Part shown: positions 50,608-60,131 of the stretch, one piece after another | How the letters are laid out: each line of letters opens with the position of its first letter | How positions within the stretch are numbered: position 1 is the stretch's first letter | NCBI GenBank assembly: GCA_003551945.1 | Contig: PUNZ01000158.1 | Span: 4,354-68,353 of the forward strand | Origin: Halovenus sp. | GTDB lineage: Archaea; Halobacteriota; Halobacteria; Halobacteriales; Haloarculaceae | DNA: 64,000 nt | Reading direction: 5' to 3' | Notes under the pieces: model-generated | Databases searched by the model: none | The model's input: only the letters and a program-made list of their open reading frames with translations | What the model was told of the DNA's origin: nothing | Translations under genes and position numbers: made by a program

Positions 50608-52155
50608 TTACCTTGGGTGGTCCGGTATCTCAAAATACTGTGCGAGCAATTTCTTTTGACCGGCTCTGAGATGATACAACAGCGTTGGCCCGGTAATTCC
50701 GAGGGCATCTGCGACCTCTTCTGCTGAACTACCGCGAGGCGATTCAAAGTAGTCCGCAAAGAACGCCGTTCTGAGTGCGTTTTCCTGTCGGTCTGTGAGC
50801 GCCTCGCCAAGTTCTTCACGGAACTCATCTGGAGACTGTGAGACACGTTCTTTCTCTCGTTTTGCTCGAACCGAACTCTCGAATTCGGTGGTAACGTGCT
50901 CTGCAACACGGCGGACATCTTCCGCAGGGGAAAGCTCAACAACAAGTTCGCCGACCCCATCACTAAACGACCCTGACTGGATTGTTGCTCCACGCTCGGC
51001 AAGCCGAGCGACAGCTGTCGCTGAATCCACCGAGACCTCTAGCGAGCCACTCTCATCATGGGTGCTGAGCACGCGACAGCTCTTGATGTGCTCATGAGCG
51101 CGTAACGAGTTCGCATATTCATCGACACAACCATCACGTACGGTTAGGTAACAAAGGAGTGGCTCATCGTGTTGGAGAATCATTCCATCGATAGTAAGGG
51201 TTCCATCATGAGTGGCTGTTGCGTCAACGAATGGGTCCTGGTTGTCCCGGATTGCTAGGGTGAGTTCAACGACGGTATCTGACAGCAGGAGACTCCGGTG
51301 ACGGGCTGCGTTGATAGCGAACCCTGCCATCTCCCCGACAGTTTCGAAGTTTGCGCGTTCACGCTCGGAGAAGGCATTCTGGTCCGTCGCATAGATACTC
51401 ACGACGCCGTAGACGCTTGAGCCATATGTCAGTGGAACTGCGAGCAGCGATTGAATCCCATCGGCAAACGCTGCACGCCGAACAGCTTCAGGAACAGCCA
51501 CTTCCTCACCAAGTGGTTGCACAAGCTGTGGTTCTGCAGTTTCAATCGCTTGCTGTTCAGGGCCAACTGCTTTCCCTTCAAGCGTCCGTTCGATTGCATC
51601 GAGTGTTCGACCTGTCGAACCTGCAGCGGCTCGAACCGAAAGGCGCTCGCCACCGAGTTCTCGTTCAGCCATCAGTGCAAAGGCATAGAGTTCGGTCCCG
51701 CCAAGTCGTTCACAGATTGTTTCTGCTATCTCCTCGCGGGTTGAAACGGCAACAAGTTCTCCTAATACATCGGAGATAAGCGCGTTGATATTGGTAAGTC
51801 GATCTACTTCTCCTCGAAGCTCGCCAATCGTTCGGCGGTCATGATAGCGCTCCGAGCAATCTTGAACATACAATGTTACCCCATCATCAGTGGGGAGCAC
51901 AGTAACCGAGAGCCACTTATCGAGTTCTGGATAATATTCCTCGAACTCCTGAGAGTCGATTGACTCCGTTTCGAAAAGCCGAGGGACGGTATCCTCGACT
52001 GATGCTGGAAACAGGTCCGTAAGTACTTTTCCTGCAGAAACACAGTCGGTATCGAGTGAGAGCAACTCCCGTGCACAGTCGTTGGCAGCCACAATAGCAC
52101 CCGTCTCTGTCGTGGACAGTATCCCGACTGGTGCACGGTTAAGTCGCTCGTCCAT
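50608..52155 (-). CDS. Bacterio-opsin activator-like regulator (PAS-GAF-HTH10)
   Basis: N-terminal PAS, GAF (SLLAVPL..YGVV), C-terminal LTDRQ...YFESPR...LGIT..T..HLR. Confidence 0.88.
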   Translation of the reverse strand: MDERLNRAPVGILSTTETGAIVAANDCARELLSLDTDCVSAGKVLTDLFPASVEDTVPRLFETESIDSQEFEEYYPELDKWLSVTVLPTDDGVTLYVQDCSERYHDRRTIGELRGEVDRLTNINALISDVLGELVAVSTREEIAETICERLGGTELYAFALMAERELGGERLSVRAAAGSTGRTLDAIERTLEGKAVGPEQQAIETAEPQLVQPLGEEVAVPEAVRRAAFADGIQSLLAVPLTYGSSVYGVVSIYATDQNAFSERERANFETVGEMAGFAINAARHRSLLLSDTVVELTLAIRDNQDPFVDATATHDGTLTIDGMILQHDEPLLCYLTVRDGCVDEYANSLRAHEHIKSCRVLSTHDESGSLEVSVDSATAVARLAERGATIQSGSFSDGVGELVVELSPAEDVRRVAEHVTTEFESSVRAKREKERVSQSPDEFREELGEALTDRQENALRTAFFADYFESPRGSSAEEVADALGITGPTLLYHLRAGQKKLLAQYFEIPDHPR

Positions 52156-52194
52156 ACAACATTCCCGGTATCAGACACAATAATTGACTCGGTC

Positions 52195-53187
52195 TCATTC
52201 AGCGGTGACACCCCGAAATTCAAACCGTGCGCCGCCGGAGTCCGCTTCTGTTGCACTAACTGACCATCCATGCTGTTCTGCTATGCGTTTGACGATCGCG
52301 AGACCAAGCCCGGTTCCATGCCGGTGTTGGCTCTGACCCGGAGTAAAGACGTGTTCGTGTTGGTCTGTCGGTATCCCATGGCCGTCGTCTTCGACAAAAA
52401 ACCCGTCCGCGAGTGGCCCGACCTGTACAGAGACCGAATCCACACTCGTTGTCCCGTGTTCGATAGTATTTCGAAACAAATTTTCAAACAGGCGGCTGAG
52501 GCGGTCAGGGTCACCCCGGGTGACTTGTAGGGAGTGATCGACAGAGAGTGTTGCAGCACCAGTATCGACCGTCTGCCAAGCACACTCTGCAATTTCTGCG
52601 AGGGTAACTGATTCATCAGCTGTGCTGTTGTCACCGTCCCGCGCCAGCATGAGGACATCGTCGATGATTCGCTCCATCCGACCGTGGGCTTGCTCAACCT
52701 GCGAAAGATGCGAAGAAAGCGGATTGTGAGTTTTACCCTTCCCATCGGTTGTCATATCGTCAATAGCCTCTAGATGTGCCTTTGCGACATCCAGTGGGTT
52801 CCGAAGATCATGGCTGATGACGCTTGCAACTCGGTCGACGCCGATGTTGTGCCCACAACTGACGAACACGATATATCCCTGCTGCTCTCCTGGAGGGACT
52901 ACCCGACCGTGGTACTGCAGTTTATTCGCCGCAGATTCGACATCGGTTTCCCCCCCTACCGTGACACTGATTGTTCCCCCTGTGTTGAGTGTATCAGCGA
53001 CCGTGGGTGACTGAATATTCAGCACCGCCTCGACTGAAGATTCTGCTGGTGGCGACCCAAAGACCGCAGAAAACGCGTCATTGACTTCCTCGATAACAGT
53101 GCCAGTATCGGTAGATGAGTAGCGGAGAACGGGGTCCGGATAATCCACGGGCGTTGGGAGCGTTGAGGAGTGACGGTTTTGGGTCAT
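52195..53187 (-). CDS. Sensor histidine kinase
   Basis: SHDLRNPL H-box, ENLFRN, EDDGHG, GTGLGL, GARF. Confidence 0.9.
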   Translation of the reverse strand: MTQNRHSSTLPTPVDYPDPVLRYSSTDTGTVIEEVNDAFSAVFGSPPAESSVEAVLNIQSPTVADTLNTGGTISVTVGGETDVESAANKLQYHGRVVPPGEQQGYIVFVSCGHNIGVDRVASVISHDLRNPLDVAKAHLEAIDDMTTDGKGKTHNPLSSHLSQVEQAHGRMERIIDDVLMLARDGDNSTADESVTLAEIAECAWQTVDTGAATLSVDHSLQVTRGDPDRLSRLFENLFRNTIEHGTTSVDSVSVQVGPLADGFFVEDDGHGIPTDQHEHVFTPGQSQHRHGTGLGLAIVKRIAEQHGWSVSATEADSGGARFEFRGVTAE

Positions 53188-53415
53188 GTGTTGAGCGCAG
53201 TGTACGGAGGCGTCGGCCAACCGTTTCGAGCGCTATCGACAAGCTTTCGGTTCATTCAAAGTGGTGAGCGCGACATATAAAGAACTACGGGACAGTTTCT
53301 GGGCCGGCCACTGCCATCGAACCAGTACCCACAGAGTGGGGCAAGTATTCATAGCTAACCTCCGGCTATACGGCCGGCCGAATCAATCATACGGGTTGGG
53401 AACATACGCGGAGAT

Positions 53416-53871
53416 ATGAGCGGCCAATGGACCGATATGATTGCCGGTGCACGGATGCAAGTCGACCAACAGTTTCAACAGCGAGTCATCGATTCGGAGT
53501 TTTCTAACCAGCAATGGGGCCTGATTATGACTGCTGTGCAGTTTGAAATTGAATCAGCAGAAACACCGGAAGAGGCAGAAATTGTGGCGAACACTGAGCA
53601 GGTTCATCATATCATCCCCGAGTTAGACAACATTCCAGATGGCATGGGTGGGCCACCACAAGCAAACACAAGCGGAGGGGGTGGCGGATTACTCGGCCGT
53701 GTCAGGAGTCTCTTTGGCGGCGGAGATGGTGGCAGTTCAAGCGACCAACGAGAAGCAACTGCGGTGGCACTTGTCGAAGAGTATGCCGTTGAGCTGCAGG
53801 ACTTTCTCGAACAGCAGGGGCGCTGGGAAGAGATTTGTGCGGCATATGCTGAACAACACTCCCAAGGCTAA
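53416..53871 (+). CDS. Conserved haloarchaeal protein (DUF5799-like)
   Basis: RMQVDQQF...FSNQQWGLIMTA, Gly-rich linker. Confidence 0.75.
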   Translation: MSGQWTDMIAGARMQVDQQFQQRVIDSEFSNQQWGLIMTAVQFEIESAETPEEAEIVANTEQVHHIIPELDNIPDGMGGPPQANTSGGGGGLLGRVRSLFGGGDGGSSSDQREATAVALVEEYAVELQDFLEQQGRWEEICAAYAEQHSQG

Positions 53872-54007
53872 GACGGACGACCTACTGTTTGGGTATTCCT
53901 GTACTGTTTCGCAGTGACCAATCCGAGTTCATTTGCCAGCAAGACCAGCGGCTGCTGGAGGTCCACAAGCAGTACGCTTATGGTTCGCAGGCGGGCATTT
54001 CAACACA

Positions 54008-54862
54008 ATGAGTTTAACGTGTTCGGTGCTGGGCCATCGATACGGTCAGACCGAGGTCGAGCGCGAGCGAGAGGAAGAGGGCAGTGAAGTCATCATTACC
54101 GTTCGCGAGGTAACCCGTTGTGACCGCTGTGGAAACGAACGGATTGTCTCGGAAAATAAGGAAGTAACGACACTCGAAACGGCGGCGGAGATAGTCGCGG
54201 ATGACCTCGAAGCAGAGGAGGCTGCAGAGAGTCCCGACGAGACAGCAGAGCAGACTGAAACAGCGAGTGAGGAACCCCAACCAGCGAGTGAACAGCCGAC
54301 GGTAGATGTAGCCGAGGCTGAGGAGCATCTTGAAACCTCCGGCGTCAGTGGTGTCCATGACGATAGTATGACTGACGATGTTATCGAAGCGGGAGAGGAT
54401 GATGCGGTTATTCTTGACGATGATGATGATGAGGACGAAATCGAGCGAAAGCCCGGTCAGTGGCCCGAAGAAGCGGAGGCACAAGCAGCGGAAAGCGCTG
54501 ATGGAGAGACTGACTCGTGGCCAGAGGAGGACGAGGCTGAGGTGTCGGGGAATGCACAGTCGGCTGAGTGGCCTGAAGAGACGTTACCTGAAACAACTGA
54601 TGACCACCGCGAACCCGGTGAGTGGCCCCAAGAGCCAGAGCCAGAAGATGACGGGAGCAAATGGGAATCGCTGACAAAGCCGGAACCACGCCCGCTTGAC
54701 GAACCGGCGGTCGAACCGACAAAAAGTGCAGTTTCAGTTCCAGATGGAATCTTTCGCTGTTCGGAATGTGAGTATTCGACGCCCGTTGAGCAGTCACCCC
54801 TGCGTGCGGGTGACTTTTGCCCGGAATGTCGTATTGGCTCGCTTGAACACCACACTGAGTAA
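54008..54862 (+). CDS. Acidic zinc-ribbon protein (haloarchaeal conserved)
   Basis: CSVLGH..CDRC N-terminus, CSEC..LRAGDFCPEC C-terminus, acidic linker with WPE repeats. Confidence 0.8.
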   Translation: MSLTCSVLGHRYGQTEVEREREEEGSEVIITVREVTRCDRCGNERIVSENKEVTTLETAAEIVADDLEAEEAAESPDETAEQTETASEEPQPASEQPTVDVAEAEEHLETSGVSGVHDDSMTDDVIEAGEDDAVILDDDDDEDEIERKPGQWPEEAEAQAAESADGETDSWPEEDEAEVSGNAQSAEWPEETLPETTDDHREPGEWPQEPEPEDDGSKWESLTKPEPRPLDEPAVEPTKSAVSVPDGIFRCSECEYSTPVEQSPLRAGDFCPECRIGSLEHHTE

Positions 54863-54964
54863 CGATTGACGGCCAGTTCTTCGACAATTGTCTGCTTTTC
54901 TCTGGAGTTATCGGCCAAGGGTTCGCACGAAAAAGGTAATAGGGGGCCTATCAAACGTTGTCCT

Positions 54965-55354
54965 ATGCGGGAGTACAAGATGCGTCGGGGAGAACATCTC
55001 GAGGACAGAGTCGAGGACATGAAGGCATACGTTGAGGAATATTTCGGTCCAGTCAGCGGGACCGAACCGTACAAAAACACCGAACTGTATGTCGTCGAAG
55101 AGCCTGATAACCCAGTATTCGATAAGGTTACGGCTGGAGCCGTACCGTACAGCGGAAAAAAAGATACCCTTGCGCTTGATATCGAAGAGCGCCCGGCAAA
55201 AGAGGTCATTCAGGAAGGAAACGTCGACGCTGCTGAAGAGGCAGTCAGCCTCAAAAACGACTTTTTGCTCAATGCAACCGGTCGGGACGCCAAATCCCGC
55301 CGCGAGTCGATGAAACGAGACGTTGAAGACAAGGAAGTACCGGATAACGTCTGA
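54965..55354 (+). CDS. Conserved archaeal protein (DUF5611-like)
   Basis: MREYKMRRG start, NDFL..ATGRDAKSRR. Confidence 0.8.
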   Translation: MREYKMRRGEHLEDRVEDMKAYVEEYFGPVSGTEPYKNTELYVVEEPDNPVFDKVTAGAVPYSGKKDTLALDIEERPAKEVIQEGNVDAAEEAVSLKNDFLLNATGRDAKSRRESMKRDVEDKEVPDNV

Positions 55355-55615
55355 TTCGGGAGAGGTAATCGGTTAAGTAACACACGTTCGTACGGACACA
55401 GATTATATCGAATATTTTGAAGAAAACCTGAGGAGGACGAGACCGATTTGTTAGGTCTATCGTAGCTAATCAAGTCACTCTCATCAAGAGACAGCACGGC
55501 GGAGATGGTATTTGTGTGAATACCGTTCCACGGCGATATTTTTATGTTATTATCGTTTGACAGACCATGTAGATTGCCTGGGGGATTTGCGCTTTCGAGT
55601 GGGGACCCACATCCG

Positions 55616-56491
55616 GTGCGGTTTGAATCACTGAGTGAAACGATACGGAATCTATACCCAAACCAGAACATCTTCGAAACGGTGGCTCTCTTTATCACCG
55701 AATTCGGTGAGGACCCTGCGGTGATTCTCGTCCTTGCACTTGTCTATTGGCTATATGAACGAGAGAACACCATGGCTCTCGCAAGTTATGTTGTCGTTGG
55801 AATTGCGTTCACACTTATTCTCAAGACGGGGTTCGCAATGCCGCGACCACCTGAGGATGTGTGGTTGGTTGCCCGTGACTACGACCCCTATGGCTTCCCC
55901 AGTGGACACGCCTTCAATGCCGTCATTATCTACGGAGGGTTGCTCTACGTTCACGAGCAGTGGCGAGATAGGCTGCTTGTGGGCGGCAGCCTAGCACTCA
56001 TTCTTGGTGTGTCGTTCTCTCGTGTCGTTCTCGGGTTCCATTATTTCGGCGACATCGTTGCTGGGGCGTTACTTGGTATCGTATTTCTGTTTGCTATCGA
56101 CCGGATAACCGGGAGGAATCCCCTCTATGGCTTTGCACTCGGTGTGCTTGTTGCCATTCCCGCCGTCATATTTTCTGGCGGTGAAGAGTTTGGACTGATT
56201 GCACTCGGAGCAGGAGTAGGTGGCGTGGTCGGGACACTCCAGCGAAGTCAGACGGTAACCCTCAGTTCACGATGGGAGGCAGGAATACTGCTCGTCGGAG
56301 GCCTTCTTTTCCTAGCAGGAGTGATGGTTGTCCAAGAAGCGTTGTTTCCCCAGAACTCACCAGCGGCGATAAGCGCCTATGCTATCGTCGTCTGGGGTGT
56401 TTTGATGGCTCCGAGTGGGGCAGCCATTGCCGAACGCTATCGAAAACGAGCGTTCGCAGCACTCAGTGGCCGGTACAAGCGCCGGTTTTGA
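55616..56491 (+). CDS. PAP2-family membrane phosphatase
   Basis: KxxxxxxRP, FPSGH, SRxxLGxH; start uncertain. Confidence 0.88.
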   Translation: MRFESLSETIRNLYPNQNIFETVALFITEFGEDPAVILVLALVYWLYERENTMALASYVVVGIAFTLILKTGFAMPRPPEDVWLVARDYDPYGFPSGHAFNAVIIYGGLLYVHEQWRDRLLVGGSLALILGVSFSRVVLGFHYFGDIVAGALLGIVFLFAIDRITGRNPLYGFALGVLVAIPAVIFSGGEEFGLIALGAGVGGVVGTLQRSQTVTLSSRWEAGILLVGGLLFLAGVMVVQEALFPQNSPAAISAYAIVVWGVLMAPSGAAIAERYRKRAFAALSGRYKRRF

Positions 56492-56499
56492 GACTCCTG

Positions 56500-56583
56500 T
56501 TACAGCACGGAAAAGCCCATTGCGATTCCGGAGCCGACCATGAGCACTGTGAAGAATACGGCGATAATCTGTTCACTGGACAT
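56500..56583 (-). CDS. 27-aa single-TM small protein
   Basis: MSSEQIIAVFFTVLMVGSGIAMGFSVL*; fills an intergenic gap; below the ORF-track cutoff. Confidence 0.6.
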   Translation of the reverse strand: MSSEQIIAVFFTVLMVGSGIAMGFSVL

Positions 56584-56741
56584 ATCTGTCTCTACTGTAT
56601 CCGCCCAATTATGGGTTTCGTTCGTTCTCAGCACTGAGAGTGAGCGTAGGGAAACAAATTGTCACTGTTGGACAAAGCAGTCAAGCGTCCTTTTATCGAG
56701 CGCCCAAGTGGACTTATACGACCGGCGCGTAACTGACAACA

Positions 56742-57383
56742 ATGACTCGTCGGAGTGGCTGGCCAGTTGCCGAGACATTGGCAGCGTTTGCCGTCGTCTT
56801 TGCTCTTCAGTGGGTCACTGCCGTTGTCGGTGCCCTCAGCACATTCTTTGTTCTCACAACCCCCGTCACTGAACAGCCCTGGACCATTGTGACGAGCGTC
56901 TATGCACACAGTGGTCCTGAGCACCTGCTTTCAAATAGCGTGGCACTCGTTTTGTTTGGGTGGCCTGTTGCGCGTGCCACTACCCGCTACCGATTCCATC
57001 TCTTCTTTATCCTCACCGGTGCAATTGCAGGATTGTCACAGGTTCTCATCCGGGATGCACTTGCCGGCGCGCCAGTAGTCGGGACGACCGGCAGTGTTGG
57101 TGTGCTTGGCGCGAGCGGGGCAGTGTTCGCGTTACTTGGGTATTTGCTGGCAAGTAACCGACTCTCCAGCAGTCTTTCCTCCCTTGTTTCACTTCCTCGC
57201 TGGCTCACGTATGCGATATTTATCGGCATTGCAGGTGCGCTCACGCTGACAACTGCTCAGCCCGGTGTTGCACTGATTGCTCATTTTACCGGGCTTTTCA
57301 TCGGGCTGTTGACCGGGCGACTGGGTCTGCTCGAACCGCCTGCAGAGTCAACGCCTTCACAGCCACGACAGTATGACTACTGA
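56742..57383 (+). CDS. Rhomboid-family intramembrane serine protease
   Basis: HxxxxHLxxN, GASG, AHFTG. Confidence 0.88.
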   Translation: MTRRSGWPVAETLAAFAVVFALQWVTAVVGALSTFFVLTTPVTEQPWTIVTSVYAHSGPEHLLSNSVALVLFGWPVARATTRYRFHLFFILTGAIAGLSQVLIRDALAGAPVVGTTGSVGVLGASGAVFALLGYLLASNRLSSSLSSLVSLPRWLTYAIFIGIAGALTLTTAQPGVALIAHFTGLFIGLLTGRLGLLEPPAESTPSQPRQYDY

Positions 57384-57474
57384 CGACCCACGCGGATTCC
57401 AAAGATGGTTCTAACGCTGTGTTTCGACCGGTCTAATGCCAATTGTTAAACACTGAGTTCGTCAATTCAAGGAT

Positions 57475-58389
57475 ATGGCTGGTGATGACCGGAAGAAATT
57501 CGCCCGCGCATCCTGGGCGAATATCATAGGCAATACGGCGAAAATCGTCGTTGAGGGGGCTGCCGGATTGGCCTTCGGCAGTGTTGCCCTGCTCGCGGAT
57601 GCCGCCCATTCGATTGCCGATCTCGTAGCCAGCATCGTTGTTCTCATCTGGGGAGACAGTCGGTTTGATGAACCGGACGAGGACCACCCACATGGCCACG
57701 CACGCATCGAACCACTTACGGCACTGTTTGTCGGCGCAGTGATTGTCATCCTTGGATTGAATCTCCTCTATGAGTCGGCCTCAGCACTTCTTGTCGGTGC
57801 AACAGTCGAGTTTAGCTATCTCCTCATCGGTGCGTTGCTGTTTGCAATGGTCGATATGTATCTGGTTTACTGGTATACGATGAAAATGAACGCCGAAATG
57901 GATGCCACGGCACTCCGCGCGCTTGCGGTTGACTGTCTCAACGACCTCTATACGACGACGGCCGCACTTGTCGGTATCATCGGAGTTGCGCTGGGATATG
58001 CACAGCTGGATGCTATTGCTGGTGCGCTCGTCAGTGTGCTTGTTGTCTATCAAGGAATCTCGATTGCGCGCGAAAACATCACCTACCTGTCTGGGCGCGC
58101 TGCCCCCGAGACATACCGTGAAGAGGTGACCAACACCCTGCGTGAACACCCTTCAGTCGAGGGAACACACGACCTTGTGGTCTACTACGACGGGCCGCAG
58201 TTGGAAGTCGAAGCGCACGTTGAGGTCGATGGTGCGTTGACCATCTATGATGCACACGATCTTGAAACGGAACTCCGAAACGCCGTTCTGGCGATTGAGG
58301 ATGTCGGTGACGTCCACCTCCATCTCGACCCAGCAGGCATTGGGGAATGGAAAGACGCCGACGAGGACGGAACACCGAGCGAAGACTGA
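57475..58389 (+). CDS. Cation diffusion facilitator (FieF-like) transporter
   Basis: ALLADAAHSIAD, HPHGHARIE, C-terminal dimerisation domain HLDP. Confidence 0.92.
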   Translation: MAGDDRKKFARASWANIIGNTAKIVVEGAAGLAFGSVALLADAAHSIADLVASIVVLIWGDSRFDEPDEDHPHGHARIEPLTALFVGAVIVILGLNLLYESASALLVGATVEFSYLLIGALLFAMVDMYLVYWYTMKMNAEMDATALRALAVDCLNDLYTTTAALVGIIGVALGYAQLDAIAGALVSVLVVYQGISIARENITYLSGRAAPETYREEVTNTLREHPSVEGTHDLVVYYDGPQLEVEAHVEVDGALTIYDAHDLETELRNAVLAIEDVGDVHLHLDPAGIGEWKDADEDGTPSED

Positions 58390-58543
58390 CACGTCAGACT
58401 GCCGGACCACCTTTCCTCACCAGACTCGTCACACTGGGGATGAGATTGCTGAACAGCCTATATCCAGGAGAACCAATCATATCAATCAGGGTATGGGACG
58501 CGTTTCCAAACTGTTTTGAACCGGCGTTGCAGTACGGACGGGT

Positions 58544-59581
58544 ATGACAGTACGTGCCGGCATCCTTGGTGCCACCGGAGCCGTTGGACAGCGACTCATT
58601 CAACTACTTGACCCACATCCTGACTTTGAAATTGTTGCGCTCACCGCAAGCGACGCAAGCGCTGGAAGTCAGTATCGTGATGTCGCCAAATGGCGCATTG
58701 ATACGCCAATCCCGGATTCAGTTGCAGAGATTACCGTCACCGAAACCGCACCTGACGCCGTCTCTGACGATGTTGATATCATCTTTTCATCCCTCCCATC
58801 AAGCATTGGTGAGGTTGTCGAACCACAGTTCTGTGAGCAAGGATATATCGTGTCTTCAAACTCCTCGAACGCCCGCACTGATGATGATGTTCCGCTCACG
58901 ATTCCGGAAGTGAACGGTGACCATATCGACGTCATCGAAATCCAGCGAGAAAACCGTGGCTGGGACGGCGCGCTCGTCAAAAACCCGAACTGTTCGACGA
59001 TTACGATGGTTCCACCACTTGCCGCGCTCGACGAGGAGTTTGGCGTTGACCGAATCACCGTGTCGACATTGCAAGCGGTCTCTGGAGCAGGCTACGATGG
59101 TGTAAGCTCCATGGAGATTATCGACAATGCCATTCCGCACATCGGTGGCGAGGAATCGAAAATGGAAACGGAGTCGAAAAAGCTGCTCGGGTCGTTCGAT
59201 GGCGCGGCCATTGAGTGGCATGATGCTCGTGTCGATGCATCCTGTAACCGTATCCCCACACTTGATGGTCACCTCGAAAACGTCTGGGTAGATACCGCAG
59301 AGCCAGTGACTGTGTCGGCCGCAGTGGAGGCGCTTGAATCCTATCCATCAAGTTCGTTGCCAAGCTCGCCTGAGCAGTTGATTCACGTTTTTGAACAGCC
59401 ATCGCGCCCACAGCCACGGCTTGACCGAAACCGAGAAAACGGGATGGCAATCTCCGTCGGTGGCGTTCAAGAGACAGAGGGTGGGCTCCAGTTCAACTGC
59501 CTTGCACATAACACGATGCGCGGCGCTGCCGGTGCGTCTGTGCTTAATGGTGAGTTGTTGCTCGAAGAAGGCTATCTCTAA
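58544..59581 (+). CDS. asd: Aspartate-semialdehyde dehydrogenase
   Basis: GATGAVG, NPNCST, QAVSGAG, HNTMRGAAG. Confidence 0.96.
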   Translation: MTVRAGILGATGAVGQRLIQLLDPHPDFEIVALTASDASAGSQYRDVAKWRIDTPIPDSVAEITVTETAPDAVSDDVDIIFSSLPSSIGEVVEPQFCEQGYIVSSNSSNARTDDDVPLTIPEVNGDHIDVIEIQRENRGWDGALVKNPNCSTITMVPPLAALDEEFGVDRITVSTLQAVSGAGYDGVSSMEIIDNAIPHIGGEESKMETESKKLLGSFDGAAIEWHDARVDASCNRIPTLDGHLENVWVDTAEPVTVSAAVEALESYPSSSLPSSPEQLIHVFEQPSRPQPRLDRNRENGMAISVGGVQETEGGLQFNCLAHNTMRGAAGASVLNGELLLEEGYL

Positions 59582-59596
59582 CAACGGATTCGACGT

Positions 59597-59788
59597 TCAG
59601 TCGGACTGTTTTCGGTAATAGTATCGTGAGAAGTAGAAGACCCCGGCACCGAGTGCCCAGAGTGCTGCCCCGGTTGGTGGCGCATCCTCAACGAACGCAA
59701 ACTGATAGACACTGAATCCAAACAGTACAACAAGCAAGACAATAAATGCGTTCCGCGCGGCGAGCATCGCCGGGTCATCCATTTCCAT
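59597..59788 (-). CDS. Small 2-TM hypothetical protein
   Basis: Two hydrophobic segments, basic tail. Confidence 0.6.
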   Translation of the reverse strand: MEMDDPAMLAARNAFIVLLVVLFGFSVYQFAFVEDAPPTGAALWALGAGVFYFSRYYYRKQSD

Positions 59789-59879
59789 ACCTGTGCCTTT
59801 ACCGGAGATGGTACTTAGTCACACCGCCATGCCGTTAGCAGGTGCAGGACAGTCTCGAATAGGGGACTGTAAGGGGTGC

Positions 59880-60050
59880 TTACCCAATGCGTTGCCATTC
59901 ACTTTCACACTCTGGACAGCGACGGACCGTCCCAAGCGCATCGGGGTCGTTTTTGGTCTCCAAGGTTACCTCACACGTCGCACAGTTGAGCCGCTCGTAC
60001 GTGTCCTTTTCAATGTCACCGGAGCGAAGGCCCTTGCGAACTGAGTCCAT
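59880..60050 (-). CDS. HVO_0758-family zinc-finger micro-protein
   Basis: RKGLRSGDIEKDTYERLNCATC...NDPD...RRCPEC..EW. Confidence 0.85.
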   Translation of the reverse strand: MDSVRKGLRSGDIEKDTYERLNCATCEVTLETKNDPDALGTVRRCPECESEWQRIG

Positions 60051-60131
60051 ATCTGCCCGTACTCGGGCCTCCACCAAAAAGCTCCTGTAGGAACCGGTTA
60101 GTTTTTGACTGCGTGGTCAAACACCATGGCG

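Noticed and set aside
54400-54440. GAT/GAC trinucleotide runs (also at 13580-13660 and 23300-23350)
   Set aside because: Explained by Asp/His-rich low-complexity protein segments typical of halophiles
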